Origin: Alphaproteobacteria bacterium
Lineage (GTDB): Bacteria; Myxococcota_A; UBA796; UBA2385
Assembly: GCA_020632755.1 (NCBI GenBank)
Contig: JACKEY010000009.1
Location: forward strand, 63,332-127,331
Direction: 5' to 3'
DNA: 64,000 nt
Both the position numbers and the translations under genes were made by a program. Every line of letters begins with the position of its first letter. Position 1 is the stretch's first letter. Below are positions 36,240 to 45,036 of this stretch, piece after piece. The notes under the pieces were generated by a model that saw nothing but the letters and a program-made list of their open reading frames with translations, did no database searches and was not told the DNA's origin.

Positions 36240-37742
36240 ATGCGCCCCTACTCGCCAGTCCCCCGGCTCCCGGTCTACCGCCACGTCGAGCGGCTTCACT
36301 ACATCGTGGCAGGCTGCGGGGACCTCGACCTCGACGTCATCCACAAGCGGCTCCGGGTCAAACTCCGGCGCCGTCTGCGGCGCAAGGGCAGCAAGCTTCG
36401 CCTGCACTTCGACGGCACCCCGCCGCAGGGTGCCGTTCGCCTCGCCCTCACGTTGGCGAAGACCGAGCGCCCACGGCCGCCCGTTGACCTGAAGGCGGCG
36501 GGCCTCCCCGACACGACCTGGTTGCGCTTCCACGGCGGCGGGTCCCGACAACTCAGGCTGTCCATCCACACGAAGGCCGGGCCGCTGGATCCGACAGGCG
36601 GCCTGCGGGACGGCGTCGCATGGCTGCTCGGAGAGCCATGCCTGCGGCTGGAGCGCACCCGTGTCGCCTCCAGTGAAGTCTACGCCGTCTTCACGGAAGC
36701 CTCAGTCACGGCCGCGCGTGCCGCCGGGTGCCCATGGACCCGCTGCTCACGAAGGCGGTCCATCTTCGGAACCGTGCTGGCCTCCTGGAAGGGATGGGCG
36801 ACGGGTGCCCACGTGCCGCTGGACTTCTCGGTGCGGTGCTACCGGGTTCGGGCGGGCGGCTACAAACTTGAAGTCCGGGTCGGCCCTCGCGGGCGCGATG
36901 CCAAGAAACTCGATGCCACCGGCAAGGCGCCGTTGGTGGGTGCGGCTGATCTCCACAGAGCGGCCCTGCGGGTTCTGCGGGCGGCGATCCGGGACGGGCA
37001 CCTCGTCGAGGTCGACAAGCCCGCCCATTGGAAGGGGATCCCGCTCGGCCCTCATCGACGGAGGGGCTGCTTACGGGTTCGCCTGCTCCATGAGCTCGCT
37101 CTCCGCGACGATGGGGCGCCGCTGCCGCTGCTCCACGCTCGCGCCGACCTCCGGGTGGCTCTCGACGTCTCAGAGCCGAGCATGACCCGCCTGCTGCAGG
37201 AGTGCGCGCAGCTCGATCTCGTCGAGGTCCTCAATGCTCCGGGGGCAGCCTCGCGCGGTCACTACGTCCGGCTCGCGGACCCGGCAGGCGCGCGGGCTTG
37301 GCCGTCCATCCTGGGACCTTTCTATGGTTCCTCTTCCCATCGACACAGGCAGGGAGAGGCCGTAGCCGCAGAGCAGGTCCAGGCGGCTGCACACGCCTGC
37401 CCGCGGGAGGGCGATCCCGGACAGGGCACTCCCGAGAGCGGGGCTCCCGCGTGGGGGCTCATCCGAGCGGCGGTCTCTGAGCCCTGGGGCACCTGGGGGC
37501 CCTCCCGAGCGGACCTACGACCCGTGGAGCGGCCGGATGAGGCGGCCATCGCCCGGGGGGCCTTCGAGCTTCGGGAGTGCGGCCGCACGGTGCTTTGCCC
37601 TGGCGTGGACGCGGGCCCGCACCCGCCGTGGTCCGAGGTCGCCCGGGTCCTCAATGACCACCTCATCCCCACGCGCAGAGGACAGGCGTGGAATGAGCGC
37701 TCCGCCAAGCGGTGCGCTAATACCTCGGGAACTACACCATGA
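36240..37742 (+). CDS. 500-aa hypothetical protein (possible Rep_trans-like replication initiator)
   Basis: Long ORF with coding-type codon bias. FSVRCYRVRAGGYKLEVRVGPRG loosely resembles the YdK...RvE core of Rep_trans initiators. The assignment is weak. Confidence 0.5.
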   Translation: MRPYSPVPRLPVYRHVERLHYIVAGCGDLDLDVIHKRLRVKLRRRLRRKGSKLRLHFDGTPPQGAVRLALTLAKTERPRPPVDLKAAGLPDTTWLRFHGGGSRQLRLSIHTKAGPLDPTGGLRDGVAWLLGEPCLRLERTRVASSEVYAVFTEASVTAARAAGCPWTRCSRRRSIFGTVLASWKGWATGAHVPLDFSVRCYRVRAGGYKLEVRVGPRGRDAKKLDATGKAPLVGAADLHRAALRVLRAAIRDGHLVEVDKPAHWKGIPLGPHRRRGCLRVRLLHELALRDDGAPLPLLHARADLRVALDVSEPSMTRLLQECAQLDLVEVLNAPGAASRGHYVRLADPAGARAWPSILGPFYGSSSHRHRQGEAVAAEQVQAAAHACPREGDPGQGTPESGAPAWGLIRAAVSEPWGTWGPSRADLRPVERPDEAAIARGAFELRECGRTVLCPGVDAGPHPPWSEVARVLNDHLIPTRRGQAWNERSAKRCANTSGTTP

Positions 37743-38080
37743 CGCGCGGACGCGGGAGATCGGCGAGCAGCCGCGGCCCCGAGGGACGCGCCCGACCGGA
37801 TGACCGTCCCCGGCGGGCCGCCAGGGGTCCTCTGGCCGCTCAGCCGGCGGCCGGTGGATCCTCTCCGCCCCTCGGCCCCCGTGAGGGCTCTCGCGGCGAG
37901 CGGCGGGTCCATTGGGGCGGCCTCTGGCCCGAATGCGGGACCTCGTTTCATGGGGGTCCCCCTCCCCGGCCCAGATGGACCAAGGGGGCGAGTCGAGCGT
38001 GGGCAGGAGGTGTCTCGGCGGCGCCCGACCCCGTTACCGCCCGGACCTGCGGTAACGCATCCCATTTGCATCCCATTAGA

Positions 38081-38110
38081 ATCCCGTTCGGGATACTATT
38101 GACGTGTCAA
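38081..38110 (+). promoter_or_regulatory. operator-like palindromes upstream of the serine recombinase gene
   Basis: ATCCCG-tt-CGGGAT (38081-38094) and TTGAC-gt-GTCAA (38099-38110), preceded by the direct repeats GCATCCCATT x2 (38058-38077), in an AT-richer patch. Confidence 0.35.
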
Positions 38111-38122
38111 GCGGGAGTCAAG

Positions 38123-38827
38123 ATGAGCACGTCCAAGCCGACCCGAGCCGTCGCCTACCTCCGCGTCTCCACGGACAAGCAGGCCGAGGGCGGGATCTCC
38201 CTCGAAGCCCAGCGGGCGAAGGTCGAGGCGTACGCCGCCCTTTACGACCTCGAACTCGTGGCGGTGGACGTGGACGCGGGGGTGTCCGCCAAGTCCCTCG
38301 ACCGCCCCGCGCTGGACACCGCCCTCGGCCGCCTCCGGTCCGGTGAGGCCGACGCCCTGCTCGTCGTCAAGCTCGACCGCCTGACCCGCTCCGTACGGGA
38401 CCTCGGCGAGCTCGTCGATGCGTACTTCGCGCGGGAGCGCTGGGCGCTCCTGTCCGTCTCGGAGCAGATCGACACGCGCAGCGCCGCCGGCCGGCTTGTC
38501 CTGAACGTCCTCGCCTCCGTCGCCCAGTGGGAGCGGGAGGCCACGGGTGAGCGCACCGCGGCGGCCCTGGCCCACAAGCGGCGCCAGAACGAGTACACCG
38601 GCGGACACCCGCCCTACGGCTGGGCGCTGGCCGACGACGGCCGCACCCTCGTCCCCGTCGAGGCGGAGCAGGAGGCCATCGCGCTGGCCTCCCGCCTCCG
38701 GGATGAGGGCCTGTCGCTCCGCAAGATCGGCGCCCGGCTCGAAGCCCGCGGCGTGCGGCCCCGCTCCGGCGGCGGCTGGCACGCCAAGACCGTCCGTTCC
38801 CTGATCAACGCCAAGGAGGCAGCCTGA
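38123..38827 (+). CDS. serine recombinase (resolvase/invertase catalytic domain plus recombinase domain)
   Basis: AVAYLRVSTDKQ (catalytic Ser), LLVVKLDRLTRS, VLASVAQWEREATGERT. Confidence 0.9.
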   Translation: MSTSKPTRAVAYLRVSTDKQAEGGISLEAQRAKVEAYAALYDLELVAVDVDAGVSAKSLDRPALDTALGRLRSGEADALLVVKLDRLTRSVRDLGELVDAYFARERWALLSVSEQIDTRSAAGRLVLNVLASVAQWEREATGERTAAALAHKRRQNEYTGGHPPYGWALADDGRTLVPVEAEQEAIALASRLRDEGLSLRKIGARLEARGVRPRSGGGWHAKTVRSLINAKEAA

Positions 38828-39108
38828 TGCCACGCAGACCGATCCACCGAAACACCCCGCCGACGCCGGCCAGCCCCGGCCCCGATAGCGGCGGCACCAC
38901 GCAGCTCTCGCTGCGGCTCCCCACCTCGCTCGTCGCCCGGGCCGAGGCGCTCGTCGAGGCGATGCGGGTATCCCCGCCGCCCGGGGTGACCCGCGTGACC
39001 CGCACGCTGGTGCTGCGCCTCGCCCTGGAGCGCGGCCTGAGCGCCCTGGAGGCTGACCACGGCCTCATGGACCCCGAAGGGGGCTCCGCCCCGGGGAGGT
39101 CCCGATGA
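38827..39108 (+). CDS. ribbon-helix-helix (CopG-like) protein
   Basis: ATG overlaps the recombinase stop (TGATG). TQLSLRLPTSLVARAEALV is a beta-strand plus helix RHH pattern. Confidence 0.5.
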   Translation: MPRRPIHRNTPPTPASPGPDSGGTTQLSLRLPTSLVARAEALVEAMRVSPPPGVTRVTRTLVLRLALERGLSALEADHGLMDPEGGSAPGRSR

Positions 39109-40223
39109 GCCGCCGTCGCGTGACGAAGCGCCCCAGGAAGGTCGTCGTCGGCAAGGTCCGCGCCCGCCCCCGCCGCGGACCCAGGAACGCCGGGGAGTGG
39201 TACTGGCAGGCCGTGGTCTACGAGGACAGCAAGGAGCGCACCGTCTGGACGGGGTGGGCGACGCCCACGGACGTCGAGCGGATCCTCGCCAAGCTCGTTG
39301 CGGAGGGCGGGGTGGAGACGCCCCGCGCCGCCTCGGTCTCCGAGATCGAGACCGTGCGGGACCTCATGGAGTGCTGGGTGGCCGTCCAGGAGGCGCGCGC
39401 TGACCTCTCGCCCCGCACCGTTGTCGGCTACCGCAACAACGCCCGCCACGTCGCGGCGGTGTTGGATGAGACGCGGCTCGACCGCGCGGACACCACGACC
39501 GTCGAGCGGTACCGCGATGAGCGGCTGAGGGCCGGCTACGCGTCGAGCACGGTCAAGGCCGAGATGGGGGTGCTCCACATGGCCTGGAACTGGGGCCGAC
39601 AGATGGGCGCGTGCCCTGACCGGCAGCTCCCGAAGGTTCACCTCAAGGTGAAGCCGGCGCGGGAGAAGTACACGCCCCCGCTGCGGGACGTCCTCGCCGT
39701 CATCGACAAACTCGACCGCTGGCCCCGTTTGGCGGCGGTGTTGATGATGGGAACCGGCGCCCGGATCCGCGAGATCGCGACGCTCCGGTGGGCTGACGTG
39801 AACTTCGACGCCGGCACCATCCGCATCCGGGAGTCGAAGACCCGGCCGCGCACCATCCCGGTCGCCGAGGACGTGATGGCCGAGCTTTGGAGGCACGGCC
39901 CCGGTCGCCCCGAAGCCGGCCTGTTCGGTGTCCTGCCTGAGACGGTCATGGGCCAGATGCGGGTGCGCTACCTCCCCCGCGCCTGCGAGCAGGCCGGCGT
40001 CAAGCGGTTCACGCCGCACGCGCTGCGCCGGGCCGCGGTGGACCGCTTCGCCCGCAACGGCGTGGACATCGGCACGGCGGCGGCGTACCTCGGCCACTCG
40101 CCGAAGGTCATGCTCAATCACTACCGGCAGGCGACCGAGGCGGACCTGCGGGATGCGGTGGAGCGGTCGGGGCTTGGCAAGGCAAGCGCGGGCGTCGTGG
40201 TGCCCTTCCGCCAGAGGTCATAG
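39105..40223 (+). CDS. tyrosine recombinase / phage-type integrase
   Basis: ATGA overlap with the RHH gene. ...GTGARIREIATLRWADVNF (Arg box), HALRRAAV, LGHSPKVMLNHYRQ (His...Tyr box). Confidence 0.9.
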   Translation: MSRRRVTKRPRKVVVGKVRARPRRGPRNAGEWYWQAVVYEDSKERTVWTGWATPTDVERILAKLVAEGGVETPRAASVSEIETVRDLMECWVAVQEARADLSPRTVVGYRNNARHVAAVLDETRLDRADTTTVERYRDERLRAGYASSTVKAEMGVLHMAWNWGRQMGACPDRQLPKVHLKVKPAREKYTPPLRDVLAVIDKLDRWPRLAAVLMMGTGARIREIATLRWADVNFDAGTIRIRESKTRPRTIPVAEDVMAELWRHGPGRPEAGLFGVLPETVMGQMRVRYLPRACEQAGVKRFTPHALRRAAVDRFARNGVDIGTAAAYLGHSPKVMLNHYRQATEADLRDAVERSGLGKASAGVVVPFRQRS

Positions 40224-40270
40224 GCGACAGGCGTCCAGGTGATGTACGCCCCTGGGGCAGGAGCAACGCA

Positions 40271-41404
40271 ATGTCGAAGTCGAGCATCAAGGCCAAGGTT
40301 CGTGAGACGCTGTTCGGCAAGGCGGGGGGGCGGTGCGAGTACCGGGGCTGCAACGAGTTGTTGACGGTGGACCACCTGACTCGGAAGCCCGGGAAGTTCT
40401 CCGCCTTTGCCCACATCGTCGCAGACAGTGCTGACGGGCCCCGTGGTCACGAGACGCGCTCCGAGGAGCTGAAGACGGACATCGACAACATCATGTTGCT
40501 CTGCCTCCGGCACCACAAACTCATCGACGTGGATGATGTTGACGGACACTCCGAGGACCGGTTGTGCGAGATGAAGAAGGAGCATGAAGCGCGAATCGAG
40601 CGGCTGACAGCGATAGATGACACGCACAGGACCGTGGTCCTTTCCATGGAGGCCAACATCGGGGGCCGCAAGGGAGTCGTTGACCAGAACCAAGCGTTCC
40701 AGGCGGTTCTCCCGAGGTACCCTGCGGAGCACATCGCAATCGACCTGGCTCACTGGGACTTGCGCGATGGCAAGCGGATCACGTGGGCGGCATGCGTCGA
40801 ACAGATCTCTTCTCGCCTGGAGGACCTTCAAAAGGCCCTGGTGAGAACCGACGCCAAGCACGTGTCAGTCTTCGCTCTGGCTCCGATGCCTCTCCTCATG
40901 TGGCTGGGCCGCTGCCTCGGCGACATAGTCGGCGGGACGGCATTCCAGCGCCACCGCGAGACCGAAGACTGGCAGTGGCGCGAGCCGGTTTCGCCTCCAG
41001 TGCAGTTCGGTTTGGAGCGCCCCGAAGAGCACCAGCCTGACGAGGACGTTGTGCTCGTCCTCTCCATAAGCGCCGAGATTGCTCCAGAACGGCTTGACAC
41101 GGCCCCAGTGGACACCTCCCAGTGGTTCCATCTGCGTGCGCATCCGCAGTCGGTACATGCAGTGCGCACGGCGGAGGACGTGGGAGCCTTCCGGGCCATC
41201 GCTCGGGAAGTGATGACCGAGATCGCAGGCAACTACCCCGCCGGCACCAAAGTCCACGTTCTTCCCGCGGCTCCGAACTCGCTCTGCGTCGAGTTTGGGC
41301 GCCTCCTCCTGCCGAAGGCGGACCCCGATCTCATCGTCTACGACTGGAACGGAGATCTCGGGGGATGGGTCGAGGCGCTGACCCTTGTGCAGCAGCCGGC
41401 CTGA
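40271..41404 (+). CDS. cap5: CBASS effector Cap5: HNH endonuclease fused to a SAVED sensor domain
   Basis: N-terminal CEYRGC...FAHIVA...MLLCLRHHKLID (HNH ββα-Me). The C-terminal ~250 aa have the SAVED-like pattern. Immediately upstream of the CD-NTase. Confidence 0.75.
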   Translation: MSKSSIKAKVRETLFGKAGGRCEYRGCNELLTVDHLTRKPGKFSAFAHIVADSADGPRGHETRSEELKTDIDNIMLLCLRHHKLIDVDDVDGHSEDRLCEMKKEHEARIERLTAIDDTHRTVVLSMEANIGGRKGVVDQNQAFQAVLPRYPAEHIAIDLAHWDLRDGKRITWAACVEQISSRLEDLQKALVRTDAKHVSVFALAPMPLLMWLGRCLGDIVGGTAFQRHRETEDWQWREPVSPPVQFGLERPEEHQPDEDVVLVLSISAEIAPERLDTAPVDTSQWFHLRAHPQSVHAVRTAEDVGAFRAIAREVMTEIAGNYPAGTKVHVLPAAPNSLCVEFGRLLLPKADPDLIVYDWNGDLGGWVEALTLVQQPA

Positions 41405-41557
41405 ACCTCCGGCCACGGGTGATGGCCTTGGTCCGCCTCTGACGGCCCTGATCAGGGGACCTGTCTTGACGAGGGCTTGACGCTGCCGCTCCGGTGACCA
41501 CATTGCGGTCCTTCGCGCCGGCGCTTCCCCAGCCGGCCGCTTGTCCGCGAGGTTTTC

Positions 41558-42616
41558 ATGGCTCATCCGCTCCAGCGCCACTTCATCACCTTCCACGAGA
41601 AGATCAAGCTCGACCGCTTCGACGAGAACGCGACCCTCCGGGAAAAGCGCGACATCGTCCTTGAAAAGCTCCGAAACAACTTGAAGAAGGCCTGGGAGGA
41701 GAAGGACGAAGCGGTGCCGACGTTCGAGCCCCGCAACCAGGGGAGCTACGAAATGGGCACGGGCGTCGTGCCCCTGGATGGCGACTTCGACATTGACGTC
41801 GCGATCATCTTCAACGTCGCCGTCGCAGACCACCCCGACCCTGTCGAGGTGAAGAAGTGGGTGCTGGACGCGCTCGACGGGCACACCAAGGACGTGAGGA
41901 TGAAGCGCCCCTGCGTCACGGTTCAGTACCAGAAGTCCGGTGAGCCGGTCTACCACGTCGATCTGGCGATCTACTCGTCGGGCAAGGAGAACCCTGACGG
42001 CAACACCCGGATCGCGATGGGCAAGCTCAACTCTTCGGATGAGAACAAGGAGTGGCAGCCCTCGGATCCTGTCGCTCTCTGCAAGGCCGTCGGAGACAAG
42101 TTCAACGGCGACGATGCAGCGCAGTTCCGCCGCGTCATCCGGTACCTCAAGCGCTGGAAGGACCACCGCTTCAACTCCAACGGCAATGGTGCTCCTGTGG
42201 GGATCGGGCTGACGATGGCCGCGTACCACTGGTTCACGCCGAAGCAGGAGGACCCGTTCGCTGGCAAGACCGACCACGTCGACCTCGCCGCACTGCGTGC
42301 GCTCGTGGATCGGATGCTGGCGCAGTTCTCCCTCAAGTGGACCGAGGACGGCTGGGCAGAGCGGCTGGAGGCAAAGCTCCCGATCGAGCCTAGGGACGAC
42401 CCATTCCAGCGGATGACCAACAAGCAGATGGGCGACTTCAAGACGAAGCTCGGGGAGCTGGCCGCCGCGCTGAAGGAGGCAGACGAAGAGGTGGCCCCCG
42501 AGGATGCCTGTGCGACGCTTGCGAAGGTCTTCGGTGACGACTTCCCGGTCCCGAAGAAGGATGAGACCGCCAAGTCGAGCAGGGTGTCTGTCCTGTCCAC
42601 CAGTTCGTCGGCCTGA
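41558..42616 (+). CDS. CD-NTase (cGAS/DncV-like cyclic oligonucleotide synthase)
   Basis: QGSYEMGTGV...DGDFDIDV (G[S/G] activation loop plus the DxD catalytic dyad) and a later VDLAIY acidic strand. About 350 aa. Confidence 0.8.
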   Translation: MAHPLQRHFITFHEKIKLDRFDENATLREKRDIVLEKLRNNLKKAWEEKDEAVPTFEPRNQGSYEMGTGVVPLDGDFDIDVAIIFNVAVADHPDPVEVKKWVLDALDGHTKDVRMKRPCVTVQYQKSGEPVYHVDLAIYSSGKENPDGNTRIAMGKLNSSDENKEWQPSDPVALCKAVGDKFNGDDAAQFRRVIRYLKRWKDHRFNSNGNGAPVGIGLTMAAYHWFTPKQEDPFAGKTDHVDLAALRALVDRMLAQFSLKWTEDGWAERLEAKLPIEPRDDPFQRMTNKQMGDFKTKLGELAAALKEADEEVAPEDACATLAKVFGDDFPVPKKDETAKSSRVSVLSTSSSA

Positions 42617-42622
42617 GCTGAG

Positions 42623-44371
42623 GTGACCGAGGACGACGACATGGGCGCCGCCACGTCGGAGGTCGACTGGCGAGCGCTGGCGGCACTCTTGGACGGTCTC
42701 AAGCTGGTACCGCCCGCCGTGGTCAGCCGCCGTCTTGCCAACCCGAAGTGGGTTGTTGAAGGGACCGTTGACGTGGAGGGCCGGTCGGTGCGTGTCAGGG
42801 TGGCCGTGCCCGCCAGTTTCCCTGCCGCCCGCCCGGAGATCTTCCTGATCGAGCAGATTGGCAGCCCGGTCCTGCTGCCGCACGTCGAACCAGACGGCTT
42901 CGTCTGCTACGCGCGAGAGGGACGCTTGGTCCTCGACCCCTTGGACGCCGAGGGGGCCCTGCTTGGCTGCACGGAGCTGGCCCTGAACGTCGTCAGGGAA
43001 AGCCTCGAGGGGCCGCGCCGCGAGGCGGTCGCGCAGGAGTTCGTGGCATTCTGGCGTCAGACGCCTGAATGTGTCGAGGTCAGGGGCTTCGTGACGCCAT
43101 CGGGGCAACCCAGGCGTCTGGTGGCTCGGAAGAGCACCAAGAACTCCGACAAGCCGTTCATGATCGCCGACAACGTCGCCGCCTTCACGTCGTACTACGC
43201 GGTACAGCCTTGGTGCGGAGACATCCACGGCCGCGCCATCTACGTGCCCCTCCGCCCCGGAAGCCTGCCGGAGCCGCCCGGCTGGGGGAAGAAGTGGGCT
43301 CCAGTGGACTATCGACGCTTGGTTCGCGACTGGTGCTCGGAGGAGACCATCTCCTGGCTGAGCGACCAGATCACCCGCTGGAAGCGGCAGGAGCTCGTCG
43401 TGTTCGGGCTCCCCCTCCGCGGTGGTTCGACCGCGCTCTTCGGTGTGTGGTTCCAGCACGCCTTCGGCGGGCACCCGCTGTCTGCAGAGGGCAATGCGAA
43501 GCGCTGTGTACCCCTTCACCTTGTTCGGAAAGACAGGTCCTTCCTGCTCCCACGTGGGGGAGGGATCGAGGGCCTCGAAGACAAGGAGGTGTGCCTTGTG
43601 GGCTGCGGGTCCGTTGGCGGGCTCATTGCCGCCGAACTCGTTCGGGCCGGAGTGCGGAACCTCACGCTGGTCGATCCCGACATCATGCAGGACGAGAACA
43701 CCTACCGACACGCGCTTGGCAGGGTCGGGCTCGGCCACGGCAAGGCCGCCTCCGTCGCTGCCGACCTGGAGGTGCGCTACCCCTACACCAAGATCCGCCA
43801 GGAGCCAGGACGCGCTGAGGCGCTCATCGCCGGCGGCAAGGTCGCCCCCGGGCGGTTTGATCTCTTCGTCATCGCCGTCGATGACATGACAGCTGCCCTG
43901 CATCTCGGACAAGCGCTCCAGTCGAAGCCCCCGCGACAAGGGGCGGTGAATGCGTGGGTGGACCCAATGGGATTGGGTGGACACGTGCTCACGACGATCC
44001 CCGGCTCCTCGGGTTGCCTACGGTGCCTCTTCACCAAGCCCACCACGGGCCGCGGGCTCTTCACACACAACCGGGCGTCGTTCGTCGCAGAAGGGGAGAA
44101 GGTCGAAGCTGACCTCGGTGGCTGTGGCAACCGGTTCACGCCGTTCGGGACGCTGGACGCGAGCCAGACCGCGGTGATTGCGGCCCGTGCGGCGGTGGAC
44201 GTCCTGCTCGGCAGAGCTACTGAGGCGACCTTGCGAAGCTGGAAGGGCGATGCGCGCGAGTTCCAGGCCGCGGGGTACGCTACGTCCGACCGCTACTCCA
44301 TGTCGCAGGCTGAGCTTGATCTTGCCGCTCCCCGATTCGTCAACGCCCGCTGCCCCCAGTGCTCAAGCTGA
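42623..44371 (+). CDS. cap2: Cap2: E2-like N-domain fused to an E1/ThiF-like adenylation domain
   Basis: VCLVGCGSVGGLIAAELVRAGVRNLTLVDPD (ThiF Rossmann), CLRC / CPQC Cys pairs, N-terminal HVEPDGFVCY E2-like Cys. Alternative start is the ATG at 42641. Confidence 0.8.
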   Translation: MTEDDDMGAATSEVDWRALAALLDGLKLVPPAVVSRRLANPKWVVEGTVDVEGRSVRVRVAVPASFPAARPEIFLIEQIGSPVLLPHVEPDGFVCYAREGRLVLDPLDAEGALLGCTELALNVVRESLEGPRREAVAQEFVAFWRQTPECVEVRGFVTPSGQPRRLVARKSTKNSDKPFMIADNVAAFTSYYAVQPWCGDIHGRAIYVPLRPGSLPEPPGWGKKWAPVDYRRLVRDWCSEETISWLSDQITRWKRQELVVFGLPLRGGSTALFGVWFQHAFGGHPLSAEGNAKRCVPLHLVRKDRSFLLPRGGGIEGLEDKEVCLVGCGSVGGLIAAELVRAGVRNLTLVDPDIMQDENTYRHALGRVGLGHGKAASVAADLEVRYPYTKIRQEPGRAEALIAGGKVAPGRFDLFVIAVDDMTAALHLGQALQSKPPRQGAVNAWVDPMGLGGHVLTTIPGSSGCLRCLFTKPTTGRGLFTHNRASFVAEGEKVEADLGGCGNRFTPFGTLDASQTAVIAARAAVDVLLGRATEATLRSWKGDAREFQAAGYATSDRYSMSQAELDLAAPRFVNARCPQCSS

Positions 44372-44387
44372 CGTCACCGCCCTGACG

Positions 44388-44903
44388 ATGCGCCGAGCGG
44401 AAGCTGGGCGGGTGAAGTTCACCGAGTCCGTGGTCCGAGAGTTCCTCGCCAAACGCCAGCTCTCGCCCTCCGCGGCGGAGTCCGGCGGCATTCTTGTCGG
44501 TCGGTGGATCCTGGATTCCGACGACGTCGTCGTGGATACGGCGACGTGCCCACTCTCGGGCGACCGCAGATCGAGGGCTTCGTTTCACAGGAGTCGCCGC
44601 CCCCATCAGGCTGTTCTCAACCGCCTATGGAGGGCATCCAAGGGCACAGCGAACTACCTGGGCGAATGGCACACGCATCCCGAGCCTGTGCCATCGCCGT
44701 CGATGGTGGATCGCTCCGGGTGGGCCTACCAGTTGATGCGCCCAGGTGTGGCTGCGCCGGCCCTGTTCTTCGTCATCGTCGGCCAAAAGGCCATCGGTGT
44801 CTGGGAAGGACGCCGCGGCCGTCCGGGAACGTTCCAGATCCTTCCGCGTGAGCGTGAAGGTGGACCCCCGACCCGTACACTCCACCCGTACACATGCCGC
44901 TAA
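44388..44903 (+). CDS. cap3: Cap3: JAB/JAMM isopeptidase
   Basis: ESGGILVG (Glu) ... YLGEWHTHPEPVPSPSMVD (HxH...S..D JAMM motif). The 3' end runs through the right border repeat. Confidence 0.8.
   Translation: MRRAEAGRVKFTESVVREFLAKRQLSPSAAESGGILVGRWILDSDDVVVDTATCPLSGDRRSRASFHRSRRPHQAVLNRLWRASKGTANYLGEWHTHPEPVPSPSMVDRSGWAYQLMRPGVAAPALFFVIVGQKAIGVWEGRRGRPGTFQILPREREGGPPTRTLHPYTCR
44871..44893 (+). repeat. right border motif pair ACCCGTACAC x2 (13-bp period)
   Basis: Read directly. Same 10-mer as at 33610-33619. Confidence 0.8.
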
Positions 44904-44983
44904 GCGGTGGTGATTACTGAATAGTACCGACTACCGTCACAAGTAGGGCATAGGCAGACGCGCGAAGCGCGCTGCAGAAGCGG

Positions 44984-45036
44984 GTCGGACTTGCAGCTGG
45001 GGGACCGGACGAGCCGGTCCCCAGCTGAAGTCCGAC
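44984..45036. other. long imperfect hairpin (about 23-bp arms) in the island/chromosome junction
   Basis: GTCGGACTTGCAGCTGGGGGACCGG-acga-GCCGGTCCCCAGCTGAAGTCCGAC with two single-base bulges. Lies between the convergent cap3 and the 45109..45906 gene. Confidence 0.6.

Larger units (their letters stand above)
33598..44893. mobile_element. about 11.3-kb integrative island (two recombinases, excisionase-like HTH, CBASS and kinase cargo) inserted downstream of infA
   Basis: Serine and tyrosine recombinases, RHH and XRE proteins. More A/T-ending codons than the flanks. The motif ACCCGTACA(C/G) is duplicated at both borders. Confidence 0.65.

Noticed and set aside
40121-40861. ORF 40121..40861(-) and 40865..43984(-, 1039 aa), antisense to the CBASS genes.
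   Set aside because: They are antisense shadow frames with no motifs. The plus-strand genes carry clear HNH/SAVED, CD-NTase and E1/E2 signatures.
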